DNA from: Candidatus Heimdallarchaeum aukensis | GTDB taxonomy: Archaea > Asgardarchaeota > Heimdallarchaeia > Heimdallarchaeales > Heimdallarchaeaceae | Direction of reading: 5' to 3' | Length of the DNA: 64,000 bases | NCBI GenBank assembly: GCA_021513695.1 | Contig: CP084166.1 | Span: forward strand, 768,001-832,000 | Part shown: one piece after another, positions 1 to 8,620 of the stretch | Numbering within the stretch: the first letter of the stretch is position 1 | Layout of the letters: every line of letters begins with the position of its first letter | The notes under the pieces: model-generated | Databases searched by the model: none | What the model was told of the DNA's origin: nothing | What the model saw: the letters and a program-made list of their open reading frames with translations, nothing else | Program-made: the position numbers and the translations under genes

Positions 1-1071
1 AGTCGTATTATTGTATTTAGGATAGTTCAAATCCTCTTTTCTTATAATTCCATTTTCTATTAATTTTTCAACATCTGGTTTTATTTTTTTCAATTCAGAG
101 ATAAGATGCTTTACTGTTCTACAGACTTTAGCAAAACCTTCTTCTCCCCATAACTTTGTTTTGTTTGCAAAAAGACACCTTCCTCCACACAAATCATATA
201 CTTCACAACTTAAACAAGGTTCTTCTATCAATACAGAGTTTAGAACATCAGAAGGCTTATTCTCTTTAATGTTTCCTACCACTGAAAATTCATATTCTGG
301 AGGAAGAGGACAAACTGTTATAACTCCATCAGTTCTTACAGCAAAACTTGTTAATCCTGCTTGACATGGAAGAGAAGTTTTCTTATCGTTTAAAATATTC
401 CAAAAAATACCCAAAAAAGGAACTATTCCGAGAATTTTTCCTTTTTTCATCTCTTTTAACCAATAATTAACTAATTTCGATATACCATTATTGTAATTTA
501 TGATCCAACTATCCAGATCTTTCCACCTGGTGTGTTCTATATCATCCCATAAAACATCAAGTTGCCAATGAACATGGTTAAATCCTAACTCTTCATCATT
601 CAGTAAGAAATATACATCCCGAAAAATGTCTGCTGTTTCAGAAACTGCCATTCTTGCTATTAAATCTCCTTTAAATCCTTTTTCCCTTATAATCCTGATA
701 TTATCCTTTATTTTATCAAAAACTCCTTCTCCTCTGTTAGCATCTGTAATTTCCTTATCACCATCAATAGATATTAGAATTGTTGAAAATCGCAGTAAAT
801 ACTCTTTAGATAACTTGTTTAAAAGCCATCCGTTAGTCTGAATTGTGTAATGTTCCGCATGGATCTCATCCATTACTTCTTTAATCAGTTTTAGATTAAG
901 TAGTGGTTCTCCGCCATAAAAAGCTATAGTAGGATTAGGATCTTGAGAAATAAAATTCTTCAATTGTTTGATATCCCAGCTTGCATTAACTGGTAAATCG
1001 GGATGGGGTTCATTTTGGCAATATTGACAGTAGAAATTGCACCTATTTGTCGTTACTAAAAACCAGTTCAT
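1..1071 (-). CDS. radical SAM enzyme with SPASM-type C-terminal Cys cluster (C-terminus cut by window edge)
   Basis: Absent from the ORF track because it has no stop in the window. The minus-strand ATG at 1071..1069 opens MNWFLVTTNRCNFYCQYCQNEP (CxxxCxxC). GGEPLL follows, and CQAG..VCP and CLSCEVYDLCGGRC lie near the edge. The frame stays open to base 1. Confidence 0.8.
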   Translation of the reverse strand, partial: MNWFLVTTNRCNFYCQYCQNEPHPDLPVNASWDIKQLKNFISQDPNPTIAFYGGEPLLNLKLIKEVMDEIHAEHYTIQTNGWLLNKLSKEYLLRFSTILISIDGDKEITDANRGEGVFDKIKDNIRIIREKGFKGDLIARMAVSETADIFRDVYFLLNDEELGFNHVHWQLDVLWDDIEHTRWKDLDSWIINYNNGISKLVNYWLKEMKKGKILGIVPFLGIFWNILNDKKTSLPCQAGLTSFAVRTDGVITVCPLPPEYEFSVVGNIKENKPSDVLNSVLIEEPCLSCEVYDLCGGRCLFANKTKLWGEEGFAKVCRTVKHLISELKKIKPDVEKLIENGIIRKEDLNYPKYNNTT

Positions 1072-1128
1072 TCTTACTTTCACTTGAAAAAATTTCTAGA
1101 TATTTAAAAGTGCTTTTAATTGGTCACT

Positions 1129-1150
1129 CCTACATATTACCTACATATTA
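1129..1150. repeat. perfect tandem 11-mer CCTACATATTA x2 in a divergent promoter region
   Basis: 1129-1139 and 1140-1150 are identical. The pair lies between the minus-strand start at 1071 and the plus-strand start at 1239. Confidence 0.6.
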
Positions 1151-1238
1151 TCACAGATTAAGTTATCAAATAAAATAAATTGAATTAGGATTTAAACCTT
1201 CAAAATTAGAGGTTAATCTAAACTTAAAAGAATAATAT

Positions 1239-2219
1239 GTGATGCGTTTGAAAATAATCATTACAACAGAAACTGGAGAATTGCTATTTTCATATGATTC
1301 CTTTACTGAAAATAGAAAATACGATAACGTACTGATTACTGGGTTGATTTCTGCAATTGTGGTTCTATCCAATGAAGTAGTTAGTTCTTTTCCAAGAGAA
1401 ATCGAATTTGAAGGAAAAATTCTTTATTTTTATAGAGAAAATGAATTTATAGCAGCTTTACTTGCAGATATAGAGTCACCTTTTAATGGTAGTATTCTTC
1501 CAGTTATTTTAGGAGAATTTAAGAAAGTACAAGAAAAACATGGCTTTCCTACACATAAAGCAATGAGATATGACAAAGAAATTGCTTATGCAGTAAAAGA
1601 TTGTTTAGCCATGTATTTAGCAAACATGCAGAAAAAGATGGTCAAATTATTAGATGACACAGATGTAGCGGATTACAATTCAATTATAAAAGTTAAAGCT
1701 GTAGCTAAAGATTTTTTGAAAGATGCAGCTCAATTTTTGCCTATTGATTTAATTTGCAGAATGATTCCTGATGGAATGGATAAAATTCTTTATAGTTTGA
1801 TTGTAGGTATTCCTATTGTAATTTCAGGAAACAAAGATATTGTTGAGCAGTTAATTAATAGTCTAAGAATGCTTTGTCCTACAAGAATTTTAAAAATAAA
1901 ATTTTGGTCAGACAAATATATTACAGGATATGACATTATAGGAACAAATGACATAAAAATAGTTAAACCTTCACTTTATCAATTGTACATTGATATTAAT
2001 AACGGAATAGTTTTAGGGGGTAAATCATCACAATATTTCAAAGATATTGAATGTCAAATATGTAATCTAAATACTGTAGAAGCTTTTAACTTCATAAGAA
2101 GCGAGTTGAATTGGATTTTCCAAGCATTCGAAGAATTAAAAATAGATGTTTTTTCTAAAAAATCACTACCACTTGAAAAACAGCTAATTTTGTTTGAACT
2201 TTTAAAAAGGTTACATTAA
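1239..2219 (+). CDS. longin/roadblock-like N-terminal domain plus DENN/folliculin-like C-terminal domain protein
   Basis: The N-terminal ~95 aa have a roadblock/longin-type strand/helix pattern (MRLKIIITTETGELLFSYD, EFEGKILYFYRENEFIAALLAD). The C-terminal half contains ILYSLIVGIPIVISGNKDIVEQLINSLRMLCPTRILKIKFWSDKYITGYDIIGTN, which resembles the core-DENN strand-helix-LxP segment. This is motif-level recall only. Confidence 0.45.
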   Translation: MMRLKIIITTETGELLFSYDSFTENRKYDNVLITGLISAIVVLSNEVVSSFPREIEFEGKILYFYRENEFIAALLADIESPFNGSILPVILGEFKKVQEKHGFPTHKAMRYDKEIAYAVKDCLAMYLANMQKKMVKLLDDTDVADYNSIIKVKAVAKDFLKDAAQFLPIDLICRMIPDGMDKILYSLIVGIPIVISGNKDIVEQLINSLRMLCPTRILKIKFWSDKYITGYDIIGTNDIKIVKPSLYQLYIDINNGIVLGGKSSQYFKDIECQICNLNTVEAFNFIRSELNWIFQAFEELKIDVFSKKSLPLEKQLILFELLKRLH

Positions 2220-2278
2220 AATTTCAATTACGAAAAAACTATTAATAACCATTTTTAATTTAGATTAAACTTTAAATA

Positions 2279-2599
2279 GTGATGATTGTGGAGAAAAAAT
2301 CTAAAACTACTATAAAAAAATGGATTTCAAATTTAGATATCAGAAAATTAAGTTTTAGAGGAAAACTCATAATAATTATTTCATTTCTCCTTATCAGTTC
2401 TGCAATCATAATTAATTACATCAATAACTTTCAAGGAAAGATAGTAAAATATTCTGTTTGGATTCTTTTCGGTTGGTTTTTTCTCATAATAATTTTCTAT
2501 ATATCAATTAAACTACTCTCATTCACAGTTCTACGAAATAAGCAACAAAAGTTAAAAGAAGAAATAGAAAGTGATAAATTTGATCAGAGTAAAGATTAA
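2279..2599 (+). CDS. small two-TM membrane protein
   Basis: 106 aa with two hydrophobic helices (LIIIISFLLISSAIIINYI, VWILFGWFFLIIIFYISI) and a charged tail. First of three overlapping small ORFs. Confidence 0.55.
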   Translation: MMIVEKKSKTTIKKWISNLDIRKLSFRGKLIIIISFLLISSAIIINYINNFQGKIVKYSVWILFGWFFLIIIFYISIKLLSFTVLRNKQQKLKEEIESDKFDQSKD

Positions 2600-2900
2600 A
2601 CCAAAAATTGCACACGTTGTTTTTGAAATTATAGCACTACTTGCAGCCATTGCAGGTTCTCTTTACATTGCTTCTATTGCTAATAAAATTGTATTATGGA
2701 TTTTTGAGACAATAATTGTCATTGTTCTGCTTTTCTTTGGTGGAAAGAGTATATACAATAAAATGAAACCATTTTATGTTTCAGCTCCCTTAAGAGAAGA
2801 CATGATAAAGGATCAAGAAGGTAGAAAGAGAATAATAACAGAACCTACAAAAAGAGGATTAACCAATGAAGACAAAGAAATTCAAAAAAATGACGAATAG
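2571..2900 (+). CDS. small two-TM membrane protein
   Basis: 109 aa with two helices (VVFEIIALLAAIAGSLYIASI, LWIFETIIVIVLLFFGG) and a charged tail. Overlaps the upstream ORF by 29 nt. Confidence 0.55.
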   Translation: MINLIRVKIKPKIAHVVFEIIALLAAIAGSLYIASIANKIVLWIFETIIVIVLLFFGGKSIYNKMKPFYVSAPLREDMIKDQEGRKRIITEPTKRGLTNEDKEIQKNDE

Positions 2901-3096
2901 AGAATATTCAAGAGTCTATGCTACTGTTTTTCTTTTAATAATTAGTTTTCCTGTTGTTTTTATATCACAAAAATATATAGTTCCTTTTTTAGGAAATTAT
3001 GAAACAATTTATTGGTTTAGCGTTTTTTTATTACTTTCTTTTACTTTTCCCTTATTTAATTCAATTTTTTCAAAGATCATAGATAAAGAAAAATGA
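2866..3096 (+). CDS. small two-TM membrane protein
   Basis: 76 aa with two helices (VYATVFLLIISFPVVFI, IYWFSVFLLLSFTFPLF). Overlaps the upstream ORF. An alternative start, MTNREY, lies at 2890. Confidence 0.5.
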   Translation: MKTKKFKKMTNREYSRVYATVFLLIISFPVVFISQKYIVPFLGNYETIYWFSVFLLLSFTFPLFNSIFSKIIDKEK

Positions 3097-3181
3097 ATTA
3101 AACAATTCCCGACATTAATCGCAAAATAATGATTGGTGTAAGACACACATTTATATACCCTAATAAGGATATATTCAAAAA

Positions 3182-3400
3182 ATGACTGAAAGAATTATCC
3201 CTTTAATCTCACATTGTAAACAAGAAAAGATATCTATTTCACTACTTCTTTCTTCTTTAAGACTAATAGAAAAAGGCTTGATAAGAAAACAGTCTGAACT
3301 TAATGAATATCTCAAAAGAAGAGCAAAATATGAACCTCGAATCTTGAAAGATATTGAAAAAGTAGAAAGGTTGATTGTTGAAAGTAATATCATCAAATAA
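3182..3400 (+). CDS. small hypothetical protein, possible helix-turn-helix fragment
   Basis: 72 aa, charged and protein-like, with LRLIEKGLIRK. TTTATATA lies ~25-30 nt upstream of the ATG, which is compatible with a leaderless transcript. The antisense ORF 3175..3396 is low-complexity and hydrophobic. Confidence 0.35.
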   Translation: MTERIIPLISHCKQEKISISLLLSSLRLIEKGLIRKQSELNEYLKRRAKYEPRILKDIEKVERLIVESNIIK

Positions 3401-3405
3401 TTAAA

Positions 3406-4782
3406 TCATTCTATAACTTTCTTTCTTTTAGCATATTGTATCAGCATTTTAATGGCATAAGCAGCTTCTCGTGGATTTAGAAATATGGGACTACTTTCTT
3501 TTTTGGCTATTCTCTTAGATTCATTTAACAAATTTCCACTCATGAATATGGGAATTATAGGTTTCTTTCTACCTGTTTCATTCCACGCTCTAATAACTCC
3601 TTCATAATGTTCTGATGTGGTCATTCCTAAAAATGTGGGTATTACTGCAATTGGAACAACAATATCAATGTTAGGATCTTCTAGCATTGCTTTAGTTACT
3701 TCATAGTACTCTTTTCCAGTTGCTCCTGCTATCATATCCAGAGGATTAACCTTTTTTACTAAAGGAATCAAAAAAGGATCAATTTTCTCTTTGAACTCTT
3801 CAGTAAATGTGGCTAGTTTTAGTCCGAAATCATCCGCAAAATCACTGAACATCACTGCACTTCCTCCACTATTTGTTAGTACTCCTATTTTTTCGCCTTT
3901 AGGAAGTGGAAGAAATGAAAAAGCTTTAATTGCAGCAATGTAATCTGTGATACTTTCACACATTATGGCTCCTGCTTGTTTAACTGCTGTTTTTAGAGAA
4001 CTATAGTCTGTAGCCATAGAACCTGTATGGCTTGAAGCTGCTCCCATTCCAGTAGCAGTTCTTCCTCCTTTAAGTACAACAACGGGTTTATCTTTTGCTA
4101 CTTCATGTAGTTCTTCATAAAATACTCTTCCATCAACAACATTTTCTAAATAAATAGTTACCACTTTTGTGTTTTCATCTTCCTTATAGAACCTTAAAAC
4201 ATCTGTTAAATTTATGTCTGCCATATTTCCTAAATTTGCAAATTTAGAGAATCCTAATCCTTGCCAAACCATTTCATACAAAACTATTGCCCCAACTGAA
4301 CCTGATTGTGTAATCATGCTTACATTTCCTTTAGGTGGGGTTTGAATGAATGATGCATTCATTCCTATATCTACATTTTGTATTCCTACACAGTTAGGTC
4401 CTATTAACCTTATTCCTGCATCTTTCAATTTTTGAGATAACTGTTCTTGCACTTTTCTTCCTTCTTCATTAATTTCTGCAAAACCAGCAGTTACGATAAT
4501 AATCCTCTTAACTTTTTTCTCTATACATTCATCGACAACATGAGGAACAATCTTTGCAGGAACAAGTAAAATCGCTAAATCGATCTCATCTGGTATTTCT
4601 AGTACAGACTTATATGCTTTTAATCCTCCAATAGTTTCAGCTTTAGGATGAACAGGACACAATTTTGCTTTCAGATCTTTATTCTCCATTAAGTTAGCTG
4701 TTACAGCATGTCCAAACTTTTTTTCATTATCTGTCGCACCAATAATTGCAATAGAATCTGGATAGAAAAACTTCCTAGTCAT
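3406..4782 (-). CDS. ADP-forming acetyl/acyl-CoA synthetase, alpha (CoA-binding/ligase-CoA) subunit
   Basis: FFYPDSIAIIGATDNEKKFGH, IIIVTAGFAEINEEGRK and RLIGPNCVGIQN are typical of the NDP-forming acyl-CoA synthetase alpha / succinyl-CoA synthetase-like fold. No ATP-grasp beta subunit is adjacent. Confidence 0.85.
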   Translation of the reverse strand: MTRKFFYPDSIAIIGATDNEKKFGHAVTANLMENKDLKAKLCPVHPKAETIGGLKAYKSVLEIPDEIDLAILLVPAKIVPHVVDECIEKKVKRIIIVTAGFAEINEEGRKVQEQLSQKLKDAGIRLIGPNCVGIQNVDIGMNASFIQTPPKGNVSMITQSGSVGAIVLYEMVWQGLGFSKFANLGNMADINLTDVLRFYKEDENTKVVTIYLENVVDGRVFYEELHEVAKDKPVVVLKGGRTATGMGAASSHTGSMATDYSSLKTAVKQAGAIMCESITDYIAAIKAFSFLPLPKGEKIGVLTNSGGSAVMFSDFADDFGLKLATFTEEFKEKIDPFLIPLVKKVNPLDMIAGATGKEYYEVTKAMLEDPNIDIVVPIAVIPTFLGMTTSEHYEGVIRAWNETGRKKPIIPIFMSGNLLNESKRIAKKESSPIFLNPREAAYAIKMLIQYAKRKKVIE

Positions 4783-4872
4783 TGTTCTTTTTAGAAATTG
4801 TGTCCTTTTAATTTTTTCTTATTGAACTAAAAAAAGAGTGAAAAAGAGTTTTCAAAATATTAAGACGATTTT

Positions 4873-5835
4873 TTATTGGTTTATATATCCGTGCTCAATT
4901 ACACACTTATCAGCGTCTAGATTTAAAACACTTATAGTATACTTTTTGATGTCATCATAACTTGTACTCGTCTTATCTATAAGATCAGCGAGAATATCAA
5001 GCAACCTCCTAGCTTCCTCGTGACTTTCATCAGTTTTTATTACCAATCCAAAGATATGAGATTGTGAAGAACGGAGAATGAATTTATAGTCTTTAGACAT
5101 GATAAACTGAATAATATTTTGTTCATTGAAAGTTTTTTTTGCAAAAGTTTGTATAGCTGAGAGAAAACCAGAATAGAGAGATATTTTATCTGAAAGTTTT
5201 TTCTTTGAGATACTTAAAATTGGCAATCCATCTCTATCTGCAAGTAAAAAAGACTCAGGAGTAACTTTTCTTTTTTGAATAAGTTTAGATAACTGATTTT
5301 GTAACCAATATAGGACAGAATCAAAATTTTCTCCAGTTTGCATGCTTATCTTAAAAAATTGAAAAGAGGCATTTGGAATCATAGCGAGATTATATATTTC
5401 CACGGTATTGATAATTTCTTCCAGGTTCATACTATTTTCTAAATCTGCTTTGTTACACAGAAATAGAATTAGAAACTCATCTCCGTTATCTTTTAACTTT
5501 ATTGACTTCCAAAATTCTTCTTTTGCTTCAAGTAATGATTCTCTATCTGAAGAATCAATGATAAAAATTATCCCATAAGCTAACTTAATGTAATTTTCCC
5601 AGATAGTCTTTCTAAAAACTTCTTGTCCCCCTAAATCAAAAATATTTACTTTTAGATCAAATAGTTCATATTGTTCTAACTGAACCCCCATAGTTGGTTT
5701 AGGACTAGTGAATTTTCCTGTGAGAATTCTGTTAACAAAAGTAGTTTTTCCAGCATTAGGTAAACCTAAAATTACTAAAGGAATTCCTTTTTTCTCAAAA
5801 GAAAGTAGTTTTTCAGATATTTTCTTCTTACTCAA
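4873..5835 (-). CDS. Arf/Arl-like small GTPase fused to a C-terminal roadblock/longin-like domain
   Basis: G1 is GLPNAGKTT, G3 is DLGGQ, the Arf-like interswitch is WENYIKLAYGIIFIIDSSDRESLLEAKEEF, and G4 is NKAD. The C-terminal ~130 aa (FLLADRDGLPILSIS..SGFLSAIQTF..HIFGLVIKTD) fit a roadblock pattern. TTG start. Confidence 0.8.
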   Translation of the reverse strand: MSKKKISEKLLSFEKKGIPLVILGLPNAGKTTFVNRILTGKFTSPKPTMGVQLEQYELFDLKVNIFDLGGQEVFRKTIWENYIKLAYGIIFIIDSSDRESLLEAKEEFWKSIKLKDNGDEFLILFLCNKADLENSMNLEEIINTVEIYNLAMIPNASFQFFKISMQTGENFDSVLYWLQNQLSKLIQKRKVTPESFLLADRDGLPILSISKKKLSDKISLYSGFLSAIQTFAKKTFNEQNIIQFIMSKDYKFILRSSQSHIFGLVIKTDESHEEARRLLDILADLIDKTSTSYDDIKKYTISVLNLDADKCVIEHGYINQ

Positions 5836-5840
5836 TTTCG

Positions 5841-5856
5841 TTTAAACATGTTTAAA
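5841..5856. promoter_or_regulatory. perfect 16-bp palindrome TTTAAACATGTTTAAA just upstream of the Arf-like gene start
   Basis: The sequence is self-complementary, as read directly. It contains two opposed TTTAAA TATA-like hexamers and lies 6-21 nt from the TTG start at 5835, in a divergent intergenic region. Confidence 0.5.
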
Positions 5857-6016
5857 ACAATTAATAAATATATTGATAATAATAAAGAAACAAGATAATT
5901 CTAATTAAAAGCGTACATTTATTCTATTAAATTTAGGAGTGCGCTCAAGGAACTTATGATTACAGCATATCTTTTTTATATTAAAAGAGTAATTTGAAGC
6001 TAGAAAGGTGAAATAA

Positions 6017-6961
6017 TTGACAAAAAGGATTTTAGTAACTGGTAGTTACGGACAAATTGGTCAAGTTCTTGTTCCTGCTCTAATGAATAGATATGGAAAA
6101 GAAAATATTATTGCAACAGGAAGAAAAAAGATTCCTTCAGTTTTTAAAGAAAAAGATGTTCATTATCATCGATTGGATGTTCGAGACTTAGCACAAATGC
6201 AGACTCTTCTCGTTGAACACGATATCGATATCTTAATTCATAATGCATCTGTTCTTTCTGCTACAGGAGAAAAAAATCCTCAACTTGCACATTCAATTAA
6301 TTTTGAAGGTTTTTATAATGCTTTAGAAGCCACAAGAATGCTAAATCTTGAACAACTTTTTGCTCCAAGTTCTATTGCAGCTTTTGGCCCATCTACTCCA
6401 AGAGAGAATACTCCTAATGATGTAATCACTCGACCTACTACAATATATGGAATAAGTAAAGTCTATATAGAGCTAATGGGAGAGTACTATCATCAGAAAT
6501 ATGGTTTGGACTTTAGATCTCTTCGTTATCCTGGAGTAATTTCTCCTGAAGAACCTGGCGGTGGAACAACAGATTGGGCAATATGGATTTTCTGGGAAGC
6601 TTTACGTAATAAAAAATACACTTGCTTCTTAAAAGAAGATACTTCTCTTCCAATGATGTATATGCCAGACTGTATTAAATCCACTATTGATTTAATTGAA
6701 GCAGATAATTCAAAGCTTGAACATCGTTCATTTAATGTAACCGCATTTAGTTTAGCTCCCAAAGATTTAGTAGAACCTATAAGAGAGGTTATTCCTGAAT
6801 TTAAAATAGCATATGAACCTGATTTTAGACAACAAATTGCTGAATCTTGGCCAGCTTCAATTGATGACAGTGTAGCTAGAAAAGAATGGGGTTGGAAACC
6901 TGATTACGATATTCCTGCTATGACAAAAGATATGCTAGAAAAAATATCCAAAATGATTTAA
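6017..6961 (+). CDS. tdh: L-threonine 3-dehydrogenase, UDP-glucose-4-epimerase-like (extended SDR) type
   Basis: VTGSYGQIGQ Rossmann motif, YGISKV (YxxxK) and PGGGTTDWAI are characteristic of SDR-type TDH. TTG start with GGTGA 8 nt upstream. Confidence 0.7.
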   Translation: MTKRILVTGSYGQIGQVLVPALMNRYGKENIIATGRKKIPSVFKEKDVHYHRLDVRDLAQMQTLLVEHDIDILIHNASVLSATGEKNPQLAHSINFEGFYNALEATRMLNLEQLFAPSSIAAFGPSTPRENTPNDVITRPTTIYGISKVYIELMGEYYHQKYGLDFRSLRYPGVISPEEPGGGTTDWAIWIFWEALRNKKYTCFLKEDTSLPMMYMPDCIKSTIDLIEADNSKLEHRSFNVTAFSLAPKDLVEPIREVIPEFKIAYEPDFRQQIAESWPASIDDSVARKEWGWKPDYDIPAMTKDMLEKISKMI

Positions 6962-7104
6962 TTTATTTTGCATTAGTATGTAAAATTCTTTAGCAAATTT
7001 TTTTTCCATTTTTTATAGTTTAGGACTTTTTAAGCACAATGATTATTTGAAAAATATCATCTTTAAGAAAAATTAAAAAGGAAAAAACAAATGAACGGAA
7101 TGGA

Positions 7105-8541
7105 ATGAAAATAATGAAAGAAGGATTAACTTTTGATGATGTTCTTCTTATTCCTAAACGTTCCTCTGTCCGCTCTAGACGAGAAATAGATACTTCTACA
7201 CAGTTATCTAAGAATATTAGATTGAACATCCCTATAGTAAGTGCAAATATGGACACAGTTACAGAAAGTGCGATGGCTATTGTTATGGCACAACAAGGAG
7301 GAATAGGAATCATACATCGATTTATGCCTATAGTTGAACAAGTAAACGAAGTTAACAAAGTTAAACGTGCTGAAATGATAAGAATTGACAATCCTTATTG
7401 CTTAAAGCCTGAAACCTCGTTACAAGAAGCTAAAGAGTTTATGAAAGAAAAAGGAATATCAGGATTGCTCATTACAGATAACAATAACATTTTACAAGGA
7501 ATTCTTACTTCACGAGACATTAAATTTACAGAAGATGAAAATGTTTTAGTAAAAGAACTAATGTCAACAGATCTTATTACAGCAAGACCAGATATTTCGA
7601 TTGAGGAAGCAAAAAATATTCTAAAGAAGAATAGAATTGAAAAACTTCCCCTTGTTGATGAAAAAGGAGTAGTAAGAGGACTAATAACAGCAACAGATAT
7701 TATCAAGGCTAAAATATTACCTAAAGCAAGTAAGGATTCTAAAGGAAGGTTAAGAGTAGGTGCAGCAATAGGAGTAGTAGGAGATTATTTAGAAAGAGCA
7801 GAAGCCCTTTATAATGCTGGAGCTGATGTTCTAGTTTTAGATATCGCACATGGTCATTCAGATTTGGCAATAAATGCAATAAAAGAAATTAGAAAGAATC
7901 TTGGAGATGTAGAATTAATTTCGGGAAATGTTGCTACAGCAGAAGGAGCAAAAGATCTAATTGAAGCGGGTAGTGATGGAATTAAAACTGGAGTGGGGCC
8001 AGGTTCAATATGTATAACAAGAGTAGTGGCAGGAGCTGGTGTTCCACAACTTACAGCTATAATTGAAACATCAAAAGTAGCTAAAGACTATGGGGTGCCT
8101 GTAATCGCAGACGGAGGCATTCGTACTTCAGGAGATATTACTAAGGCTATAGCTGCAGGAGCACAAACAGTTATGATTGGAAGCTTACTAGCAGGAACTG
8201 AAGAAAGTCCTGGAGCAGCTATTCTAAGACATGGGAGAAGATATAAAGTTGTCAGAGGAATGGCTTCTCTTGGAGCTACATTAGGTCGAGAAGCAAAAGA
8301 AAAGAAAGGAAGTTTTGACGAATTTGATTTAGGTTCTGTGGTTCCAGAAGGAGTAGAAGCAATGGTGCCATATCGTGGTTCAGCAGTAGACGTATTGAAT
8401 CAGCTAGTAGGTGGATTTAGAAGTGGTGTAAGTTACTGCGGAGCTTCTTCGATTCCAGAAATGCAAGAAAAAGCAGAATTTATAAAAATAACCTCTGCAG
8501 GAAGAAAAGAATCAACATCACATGATGTAGAATTAATTTAA
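7105..8541 (+). CDS. guaB: IMP dehydrogenase with CBS pair insert
   Basis: [24 protein letters not shown], a CBS region, and [24 protein letters not shown] with ADGGIR. Confidence 0.95.
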   Translation: MKIMKEGLTFDDVLLIPKRSSVRSRREIDTSTQLSKNIRLNIPIVSANMDTVTESAMAIVMAQQGGIGIIHRFMPIVEQVNEVNKVKRAEMIRIDNPYCLKPETSLQEAKEFMKEKGISGLLITDNNNILQGILTSRDIKFTEDENVLVKELMSTDLITARPDISIEEAKNILKKNRIEKLPLVDEKGVVRGLITATDIIKAKILPKASKDSKGRLRVGAAIGVVGDYLERAEALYNAGADVLVLDIAHGHSDLAINAIKEIRKNLGDVELISGNVATAEGAKDLIEAGSDGIKTGVGPGSICITRVVAGAGVPQLTAIIETSKVAKDYGVPVIADGGIRTSGDITKAIAAGAQTVMIGSLLAGTEESPGAAILRHGRRYKVVRGMASLGATLGREAKEKKGSFDEFDLGSVVPEGVEAMVPYRGSAVDVLNQLVGGFRSGVSYCGASSIPEMQEKAEFIKITSAGRKESTSHDVELI

Positions 8542-8568
8542 ATTGAAACTTTTTAAACACAATTTTAA

Positions 8569-8577
8569 TTTTTTTTT
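8569..8577 (+). terminator. oligo-T tract (T9) downstream of guaB
   Basis: T9 run 28 nt after the guaB stop. Archaeal terminators are typically oligo-T. Confidence 0.4.
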
Positions 8578-8620
8578 AAAAAAATATTTATAAACTTATA
8601 AACTTGGTTTATCCTAACAA

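Noticed and set aside
19-35. AGGAT-AGTTCAA-ATCCT hairpin resembling a tRNA T-arm
   Set aside because: It sits inside the radical SAM coding frame. The loop is not the T-loop consensus, and no acceptor, D or anticodon arms can be drawn around it.
161-841. Plus-strand track ORFs 161..364 and 626..841
   Set aside because: They lie antisense to a continuous minus-strand radical SAM/SPASM reading frame with clear motifs, and their products are low-complexity.
7020-7706. Minus-strand ORFs 7020..7391 and 7395..7706
   Set aside because: They are antisense to guaB, whose identity is unambiguous. The products are Ser/Ile/Phe-rich, as expected for shadows of an AT-rich gene.
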